Positions 57,934 through 64,000 of a stretch of DNA of 64,000 bases are shown piece by piece. Source of the stretch: Nioella sp. (GTDB lineage: Bacteria > Pseudomonadota > Alphaproteobacteria > Rhodobacterales > Rhodobacteraceae). The notes under the pieces were generated by a model. That model ran no database searches. It was not told the origin of the DNA and was given only the letters and a program-made list of their open reading frames with translations. Within the stretch, counting starts at the first letter, position 1; each line of letters begins with the position of its first letter. Location: contig NZ_OZ244111.1 in assembly GCF_965215655.1 (NCBI RefSeq), forward strand, positions 517,963 to 581,962, written 5' to 3'. The translations under genes were made by a program, and so were the position numbers.

Positions 57934-58302
57934 ATGATCCAGATGCAGACCAATCTGGATGTCGCTGACAACTCCGGCGCTCGCCGGGTGCAGTGCATCA
58001 AGGTCCTGGGTGGTTCCAAGCGTAAGTACGCCTCCGTTGGTGACATCATTGTCGTCTCGGTGAAGGAAGCCATCCCGCGCGGCCGCGTGAAGAAAGGGGA
58101 CGTCCGCAAGGCCGTCGTCGTGCGCACCGCCAAGGAAGTTCGCCGTGAAGACGGCACCGCAATCCGCTTTGACCGCAACGCCGCCGTGATCCTGAACAAC
58201 GCAGGTGAGCCGGTCGGTACCCGTATCTTCGGGCCGGTTGTGCGCGAACTGCGTGCCAAGAACTTCATGAAGATCATCTCGCTCGCCCCGGAGGTGCTGT
58301 AA
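57934..58302 (+). CDS. rplN: 50S ribosomal protein L14
   Basis: [34 protein letters not shown]. Confidence 0.99.
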   Translation: MIQMQTNLDVADNSGARRVQCIKVLGGSKRKYASVGDIIVVSVKEAIPRGRVKKGDVRKAVVVRTAKEVRREDGTAIRFDRNAAVILNNAGEPVGTRIFGPVVRELRAKNFMKIISLAPEVL

Positions 58303-58303
58303 G

Positions 58304-58615
58304 ATGGCTGCTAAGCTGAAAACCGGCGACAAGGTCGTCGTGCTCGCTGGCAAGGACAAGGGCAAGGAAGGCACCATCGCCTCCGTTGACCCCAAGGCCG
58401 GCAAAGCCGTCGTGGACGGCATCAACATGGCGATCCGCCACACCCGTCAGAGCCAGACCGACCAGGGCGGCCGTCTTCCCAAGGCGATGCCGATCCAACT
58501 GTCGAACCTCGCTCTGCTCGACGCAAATGGCAAACCGACCCGCGTTGGCTTCCGCATGGAAGGCGACAAGAAGGTCCGTTACGCCAAGACCACGGGGGAC
58601 GTGATCGATGCTTGA
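58304..58615 (+). CDS. rplX: 50S ribosomal protein L24
   Basis: KOW motif [26 protein letters not shown]. Confidence 0.99.
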   Translation: MAAKLKTGDKVVVLAGKDKGKEGTIASVDPKAGKAVVDGINMAIRHTRQSQTDQGGRLPKAMPIQLSNLALLDANGKPTRVGFRMEGDKKVRYAKTTGDVIDA

Positions 58616-59171
58616 TTCCGCAAACTACACCCCGCGTCTGAAGGCCGCCTACAAGGACAGCATCCGCGCTGCCATGAAGGAAGAGTTCGGCTACAAGAAC
58701 GACATGCAGATTCCCCGCCTGGACAAGATCGTCCTGAACATCGGCTGTGGGGCCGAAGCGGTGCGCGATTCCAAGAAAGCCAAGTCGGCCCAGGAAGACT
58801 TGACTGCAATTGCTGGCCAGAAAGCTCTGACCACCACGGCCTCCAAGTCGATCGCCGGTTTCCGGGTTCGTGAAGGCATGCCGCTCGGCGCCAAGGTCAC
58901 CCTGCGTGGCGACCGCATGTACGAATTCCTCGATCGCCTCATCACGATTGCAATGCCCCGCGTCCGCGACTTCCGCGGCGTGTCGGGCAAGTCCTTCGAC
59001 GGCCGTGGCAACTACGCCATGGGCATGAAGGAACATATCGTGTTCCCCGAGATCAACTTCGACAAGGTCGATGAGGTCTGGGGCATGGATATCGTGATCG
59101 CCACCACCGCGAAGACCGACGCGGAAGCCAAGGCGCTGTTGAAGCATTTCAACATGCCGTTCAACAGCTGA
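58608..59171 (+). CDS. rplE: 50S ribosomal protein L5
   Basis: [41 protein letters not shown]. Confidence 0.99.
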   Translation: MLDSANYTPRLKAAYKDSIRAAMKEEFGYKNDMQIPRLDKIVLNIGCGAEAVRDSKKAKSAQEDLTAIAGQKALTTTASKSIAGFRVREGMPLGAKVTLRGDRMYEFLDRLITIAMPRVRDFRGVSGKSFDGRGNYAMGMKEHIVFPEINFDKVDEVWGMDIVIATTAKTDAEAKALLKHFNMPFNS

Positions 59172-59192
59172 GCCGCGGAGAGGAAGTAGAAC

Positions 59193-59498
59193 ATGGCTAA
59201 GAAAGCAATGATCGAACGCGAACTGAAGCGGGAACGTCTGGTGGCACAATATGCCGCCAAGCGCGCCGCGCTGAAGGAAATCGCGAATGACGAAGAGCGG
59301 CCGATGGAAGAGCGGTTCAAGGCGCGCTTGAAACTGGCGAAACTGCCCCGTAACAGCTCTGCCACCCGTCTTCACAACCGTTGCCAGCTGACCGGTCGCC
59401 CCAAGGCGTATTACCGCAAGCTGAAAATGTCGCGGATCAAGCTGCGTGACCTGGCCTCGAACGGCCAGATCCCCGGCATGGTCAAGTCGAGCTGGTAA
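59193..59498 (+). CDS. rpsN: 30S ribosomal protein S14 (zinc-free type)
   Basis: [26 protein letters not shown]. Confidence 0.99.
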   Translation: MAKKAMIERELKRERLVAQYAAKRAALKEIANDEERPMEERFKARLKLAKLPRNSSATRLHNRCQLTGRPKAYYRKLKMSRIKLRDLASNGQIPGMVKSSW

Positions 59499-59510
59499 GG
59501 AGGGTTTGAT

Positions 59511-59906
59511 ATGATGAACGATCCTATCGGTGATATGCTGACCCGTATCCGCAACGCCCAGATGCGTGGCAAGTCGACCGTGTCGACCCCGGCATCGAAG
59601 CTGCGTGCTTGGGTTCTGGATGTGCTGGCCGACGAAGGCTATATCCGCGGCTACGAGCGTGGCACGGATGCAAACGGCCATCCCACCATCGAAATCAGCC
59701 TCAAGTACTATGAAGGCGAGCCTGTGATCCGCGAAGTCAAGCGCGTGTCCAAGCCCGGCCGTCGTGTGTATATGAGCGTCAACGACATCCCGCAGGTCCG
59801 TCAGGGCATGGGTGTTTCCATCGTCTCCACGTCCAAGGGCGTGATGTCGGATGCAGCAGCTCGCGGCGCCAATGTTGGCGGCGAAGTGCTCTGCACCGTG
59901 TTCTAA
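59511..59906 (+). CDS. rpsH: 30S ribosomal protein S8
   Basis: [34 protein letters not shown]. Confidence 0.99.
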   Translation: MMNDPIGDMLTRIRNAQMRGKSTVSTPASKLRAWVLDVLADEGYIRGYERGTDANGHPTIEISLKYYEGEPVIREVKRVSKPGRRVYMSVNDIPQVRQGMGVSIVSTSKGVMSDAAARGANVGGEVLCTVF

Positions 59907-59918
59907 GGAGGTTTGGCA

Positions 59919-60452
59919 ATGTCTCGTATTGGTAAGAAACCGGTCGAGCTGCCGTCGGGTGTGACTGCATCCGTCTCCGGCCAGACCGTTGAAGTCAAGG
60001 GCCCCAAGGGCACCCGCAGCTTCACCGCAACCGACGATGTGACGCTCTCCGTCGAAGACAACGCCGTGTCGGTCACCCCGCGCGGCAAGTCCAAGCGGGC
60101 CCGTCAGCAGTGGGGCATGTCCCGCACCCAGGTCGCCAATCTGGTGACCGGCGTGACCGAAGGCTTCAAGAAAGAGCTGGAGATCCAGGGTGTGGGTTAC
60201 CGCGCGCAGATGCAGGGCAATGTCCTGAAACTGTCGCTCGGCCTGTCGCATGACGTGAATTTCGAGGTTCCCGCCGGGGTCACCGTGACCGCGCCGAAGC
60301 CGACTGAAATCATCGTCGAAGGCATCGACCAGCAAGAGGTCGGCCAGGTTGCAGCAAACATCCGCGAATGGCGCAAGCCCGAGCCCTACAAGGGCAAAGG
60401 CATCCGCTACAAGGATGAGTACATCTTCCGCAAGGAAGGCAAGAAGAAGTAA
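59919..60452 (+). CDS. rplF: 50S ribosomal protein L6
   Basis: [30 protein letters not shown]. Confidence 0.99.
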   Translation: MSRIGKKPVELPSGVTASVSGQTVEVKGPKGTRSFTATDDVTLSVEDNAVSVTPRGKSKRARQQWGMSRTQVANLVTGVTEGFKKELEIQGVGYRAQMQGNVLKLSLGLSHDVNFEVPAGVTVTAPKPTEIIVEGIDQQEVGQVAANIREWRKPEPYKGKGIRYKDEYIFRKEGKKK

Positions 60453-60463
60453 GGGCGCGAACA

Positions 60464-60823
60464 ATGGCAAACAGCAAACAAGTCCTGTTCCAGAAACGCC
60501 GCCTGCGCGTCCGGAACAAGCTGCGGAAAACCGCGAATGGGCGTCCGCGCCTGTCGGTTCACCGCTCGAACAAGAACATCAGCGTGCAGCTGATCGACGA
60601 CGTGAATGGCGTCACCCTGGCCTCCGCCTCCACCATGGAGAAGGATCTGGGCGTGGTCGGCAAGAACAACGTCGAAGCAGCCACCAAGGTGGGCGCGGCA
60701 ATTGCCGAGCGTGCCAAGGCCAAAGGCGTCGAAGAATGCTACTTCGACCGTGGCGGCTTCCTCTTCCACGGCAAGGTGAAGGCTCTGGCCGACGCCGCGC
60801 GTGAAGGTGGTCTGAAGTTCTAA
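60464..60823 (+). CDS. rplR: 50S ribosomal protein L18
   Basis: [37 protein letters not shown]. Confidence 0.99.
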   Translation: MANSKQVLFQKRRLRVRNKLRKTANGRPRLSVHRSNKNISVQLIDDVNGVTLASASTMEKDLGVVGKNNVEAATKVGAAIAERAKAKGVEECYFDRGGFLFHGKVKALADAAREGGLKF

Positions 60824-60942
60824 TCAACTGCAGGCGGCTCCACCAAGGGGCCGCCTCGATGATCGGGGGACAGGCTTAACGCCCGTCCACTGCGATCGAC
60901 CCAACCGGCGTCAAGCGCGCCACCAGGATAAGGATGCCATCA

Positions 60943-61518
60943 ATGGCAGAACGTGAAAATCGCGGGGGCCGTGGCCGCCGTCAGGAACGGGAAGAAACGC
61001 CCGAATTCGCAGACCGCCTGGTCGCGATCAACCGTGTGTCCAAAACCGTTAAAGGTGGTAAGCGCTTCGGCTTCGCCGCCCTCGTGGTTGTGGGCGACCA
61101 GCGTGGCCGCGTCGGCTTCGGCAAGGGCAAGGCCAAAGAGGTGCCCGAGGCGATCCGCAAGGCCACCGAACAGGCCAAGCGTCAGCTGATCCGCGTGCCG
61201 CTGAAGGAAGGCCGCACCCTGCATCACGACGTCAAGGGCCATCACGGCGCTGGCAAGGTGACCATGCGCACCGCACCGGAAGGTACCGGTATCATCGCCG
61301 GTGGTCCGATGCGCGCCGTGTTCGAGATGCTGGGCGTCAAGGACGTGGTTGCCAAATCGACCGGGTCCCAGAACCCCTACAACATGATCCGCGCCACGCT
61401 GGACGGTCTCCGCAACGAGTCCTCCCCGCGTATGGTTGCGGCGCGCCGTGGCAAGAAAGTGGCCGACATCCTGCGCAAGCCGGAAGCCGAAGCCACCGCC
61501 GAAGCCGCTGACTCGTAA
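60943..61518 (+). CDS. rpsE: 30S ribosomal protein S5
   Basis: [31 protein letters not shown]. Confidence 0.99.
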   Translation: MAERENRGGRGRRQEREETPEFADRLVAINRVSKTVKGGKRFGFAALVVVGDQRGRVGFGKGKAKEVPEAIRKATEQAKRQLIRVPLKEGRTLHHDVKGHHGAGKVTMRTAPEGTGIIAGGPMRAVFEMLGVKDVVAKSTGSQNPYNMIRATLDGLRNESSPRMVAARRGKKVADILRKPEAEATAEAADS

Positions 61519-61530
61519 GGAGACGCACCC

Positions 61531-61719
61531 ATGGCAAAAACCATCGTCGTCAAGCAGATCGGCTCCCCGATCCGCCGCCCCGCCATCCAGCGCCAGACGC
61601 TGATCGGCCTGGGCCTGAACAAGATGCACAAGACCCGCGAACTGGAAGACACTCCTTCCGTCCGTGGCATGATCGCCAAGATCCCGCACATGGTCGAAAT
61701 CATCGAAGAGCGCGACTAA
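61531..61719 (+). CDS. rpmD: 50S ribosomal protein L30
   Basis: [25 protein letters not shown]. Confidence 0.98.
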   Translation: MAKTIVVKQIGSPIRRPAIQRQTLIGLGLNKMHKTRELEDTPSVRGMIAKIPHMVEIIEERD

Positions 61720-61740
61720 GCTGCTCTAAGAGGTTAAGGA

Positions 61741-61771
61741 AGCGCCCCGGTCGAAAGGCCGGGGCGTTTTC
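61741..61771. terminator. intrinsic terminator after rpmD
   Basis: GCGCCCCGGTC-GAAA-GGCCGGGGCGT followed by TTTC. Confidence 0.85.
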
Positions 61772-62394
61772 TATTCCGAGCCACGCAGCTTGTCAGCATC
61801 TGCGATTTTCTCATGGAACTGTTCGGGCCGATTGCCGGATGGGTAGGGCTCGGACGGCACGTCGCAGCCCAGAAACGCGCACAGCGGCTCCCACCCGCTG
61901 CCAAGCTCATAGGTCAGCAGACGGTCCGGCGGAATCGTGGCCTTCACCCGCGCGATGTGGTCCTCATAGACGCCGATGATATTGTCCCGGTCATCCAGCC
62001 TGCCTGAAAAGACCCTGTCGCGGATCACGACACAGCCAAAGCTTTCCGGATCGGTGCTGTCGCGCAGGACCGGCAGAATGGTGTTCTGCATGCTTTTGAA
62101 CCAGCTATCTGCATCCCGAACGGACAGGATGATCTTGGCCTCCGGGTAGTGATCCGCCAGCACGTCCCAGTAATGCGTCGAGGGCCAGTCGACCGTGGAT
62201 TGGTAGCCGCTGAATACCGTCGCCCAATCGGGCTCCGCGCCTGCCGCAATGGCCCGCCACTGCTGGTTCAACTCGGGTCGTGCCATGACCTCATGCATAT
62301 GGTGACACGGGCCGAAGCCCAGCATCTCCAATGCGCGTTTCAGAGATTCCGTTCCAGTTCGGCCAAACCCGGCCCCGATGATCTGTAACGCCAT
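61771..62394 (-). CDS. sulfotransferase-family (Sulfotransfer_4-like) protein
   Basis: IGAGFGRTGTESL..ALE.LG.GPCHHM, STVDWP, AKIILSVRD..SW..S, GWEPLC.FLG. Confidence 0.88.
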   Translation of the reverse strand: MALQIIGAGFGRTGTESLKRALEMLGFGPCHHMHEVMARPELNQQWRAIAAGAEPDWATVFSGYQSTVDWPSTHYWDVLADHYPEAKIILSVRDADSWFKSMQNTILPVLRDSTDPESFGCVVIRDRVFSGRLDDRDNIIGVYEDHIARVKATIPPDRLLTYELGSGWEPLCAFLGCDVPSEPYPSGNRPEQFHEKIADADKLRGSE

Positions 62395-62459
62395 TTGCCC
62401 CCCTTCTCGCCAAGCCTAGCGGGGTTCTGGCGTATTGCTAAGGAAAATCGAAAGGCTGC

Positions 62460-63026
62460 TCAGGGGCGTCTGTCGGTAAAACTCACCCCTAGCCGCGCCA
62501 ACCGGTCATCCACGAAGTCGCGCTCCTCGTCAGTGAGCCGCTGATGCCGGGGATAGACTGGATCATTCCGGTCCATGCAGATCGGCATGTCCCAGCCATG
62601 AGTGGTCGCAAAGAACTTGTCTGCGCCCTCGATCCCGAACTCGCGCAGATAGCCCTGCACCACCACATCCAGATAGCCTTGCAGCAGCACATGATCGCCG
62701 GCTTCTTCTATATGATCCGCGCTTGCGCGGTAGATCTGGATGTCGGGCAGGGGCGGATGGTCGTGGCGGATCTCCAGAACCGGCAGCCTGTGATAGGCCC
62801 GTTCGCGTTCGTCCAGGGCCACCCAATCGGCGCCGGGAACAGCGGCGATCAGCCCGTCGATCTCCTCGCCATGCGCTTCGACCGCCGTCAGAAAAGCCAC
62901 CCGCCGCAGTTTGGATTTCTTCCACGCCCGCGCCCACCCGGTCACCGTCGCCTTCGCGGCGCGGGGATAGCTGTGGGTGGATCGGTTCACAAGGCTGCCG
63001 TAGCCAAAAAAGAACGGGTCTGACAT
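62460..63026 (-). CDS. gamma-glutamylcyclotransferase (ChaC/AIG2-like) family protein
   Basis: FFGYGSLVN at the N-terminus, LDERE..Y, YLDVV..G. Confidence 0.85.
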   Translation of the reverse strand: MSDPFFFGYGSLVNRSTHSYPRAAKATVTGWARAWKKSKLRRVAFLTAVEAHGEEIDGLIAAVPGADWVALDERERAYHRLPVLEIRHDHPPLPDIQIYRASADHIEEAGDHVLLQGYLDVVVQGYLREFGIEGADKFFATTHGWDMPICMDRNDPVYPRHQRLTDEERDFVDDRLARLGVSFTDRRP

Positions 63027-63107
63027 GAGGTAAGAAATGCCCGCGTATGCGGTTGCATGCAAGGGCTTGCCGAAATCAAAAAGATCGGTATTCTGCGCCT
63101 CGTTCAA

Positions 63108-63257
63108 GCAGGGAGAATCCGGCCTCGTGCCGGTGCCGAAGGAGCAACCGCCCCGGTAAACTCTCAGGCGCCAGGACCTGCAGGAACAACGAAACTCTGG
63201 AGAGAGGCGCGGGATGCGTCCGCCGAAGGGATAACGATCTCAGGCGAAAGGACAGAG
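63108..63257 (+). ncRNA. tandem glycine riboswitch
   Basis: Two aptamers, each GGAGA...CCGAAG...CTCAGG (63108-63181 and 63195-63257), upstream of gcvT. Confidence 0.95.
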
Positions 63258-63332
63258 GGGGCATCGTGACATGCGGATTGCGCATGTTTTTGCGATGCCG
63301 GGCCAGCCCCGGTCGAGGAAAGGGGAGGCCGC

Positions 63333-64000
63333 ATGAGCGATCTGAAACACCTGCCGCTGAAGGCACTGCACGAGGCGCATGGCGCCAAGATGGTGCCGTT
63401 CGCGGGCTATGAAATGCCGGTGCAGTTCGCCGCCGGGGTCATGGCGGAACACCAACATACGCGCGCCAAGGCGGGGCTGTTTGACGTCAGCCATATGGGG
63501 CAGGTCCTGCTGCCGCTGTCGGCGGATGCGGCGTTGGAATCGCTGGTGCCTGTCGATGTGCAGGGCCTGAAGGAAGGCCGTCAGCGCTATGGGCTTTTCA
63601 CCAACGACGCGGGCGGGGTGCTCGACGACCTGATGATCGCGCGGCGGGCGGGGGATCTGTTCCTTGTCGTCAACGCCTCGCGCAAGGAACATGACATCGC
63701 CCATATGCGCGCCGCCATCGACGGAGTGGAGGAAGTGACCGACCGTGCGCTGCTGGCGCTACAGGGGCCGCTGGCGGAAACCGCGTTGGCGCGGATGGTG
63801 CCATCTGTGGCCGAGATGAAGTTCATGGACGTGGCGCAGGTTGCCTGGAACGGCGTGGAGCTGTGGATTTCCCGCTCGGGCTATACCGGCGAGGACGGGT
63901 TTGAAATCTCGGTCCCGGCTGATGCCGCCGAAGGTTTCGCTTCCGCGTTGCTGGAGATGGAAGAGGTCATGCCCATTGGCCTCGGTGCACGCGACAGCCT
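63333..64000 (+). CDS. gcvT: glycine cleavage system aminomethyltransferase T (runs off the window edge)
   Basis: Manual translation: MSDLKHLPL..LH..HGAKMVPFAGYEMPVQF..GVMAEH..TR..AGLFDVSHMGQ; SRSGYTGEDGFEI. Confidence 0.97.
   Translation, partial: MSDLKHLPLKALHEAHGAKMVPFAGYEMPVQFAAGVMAEHQHTRAKAGLFDVSHMGQVLLPLSADAALESLVPVDVQGLKEGRQRYGLFTNDAGGVLDDLMIARRAGDLFLVVNASRKEHDIAHMRAAIDGVEEVTDRALLALQGPLAETALARMVPSVAEMKFMDVAQVAWNGVELWISRSGYTGEDGFEISVPADAAEGFASALLEMEEVMPIGLGARDS

Noticed and set aside
59193-59498. Zinc-free S14 as a zinc-starvation paralogue
   Set aside because: It is the sole operon copy, and the C-minus form is usual in alphaproteobacteria
1-64000. tRNA, rRNA, integrase, transposase or prophage genes
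   Set aside because: None recognised by motif or structure in this window

Overview
High-GC (~65%) alphaproteobacterial chromosome. Gene content and order (xdhABC-dnaE, pckA-chvIG-hprK-rapZ-EIIA-HPr, parC-tuf, split S10/spc operons) point to Rhodobacterales, probably the roseobacter group. Mostly core genes: rplY, a GcvT-family flavoprotein, a purine ABC importer plus xanthine dehydrogenase, dnaE, pckA, ChvIG/PTS-Ntr, hbd, etfAB, parC, tuf, 21 S10/spc r-protein genes, and a tandem glycine riboswitch before gcvT. No rRNA, tRNA, CRISPR array, integrase or transposase was seen. The most unusual signals are non-coding. (1) A ~0.9 kb low-GC cargo islet (6901-7813) is bracketed by ~49-bp imperfect inverted repeats whose 27-bp core differs only by transitions. 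(2) Three tandem AT-rich 24-bp (11-2-11) palindromes lie at 3434-3520. (3) A TTAA-ended 88-bp element has four 11-bp phased units. (4) Five sigma70-like promoters of translation genes lack the -7 T, and three of them carry G-quadruplex-type C-tract patterns and 5' UUCG hairpins. Also notable: a parC-linked tuf joined directly to rpsJ (possible tuf-tuf recombination or misassembly), a K+ channel gene inside the purine ABC operon, a probable salA aminolipid acyltransferase, and a VOC/GyrI/AraC toxin-defence islet. All family assignments come from motif recognition and recall, not from searches.
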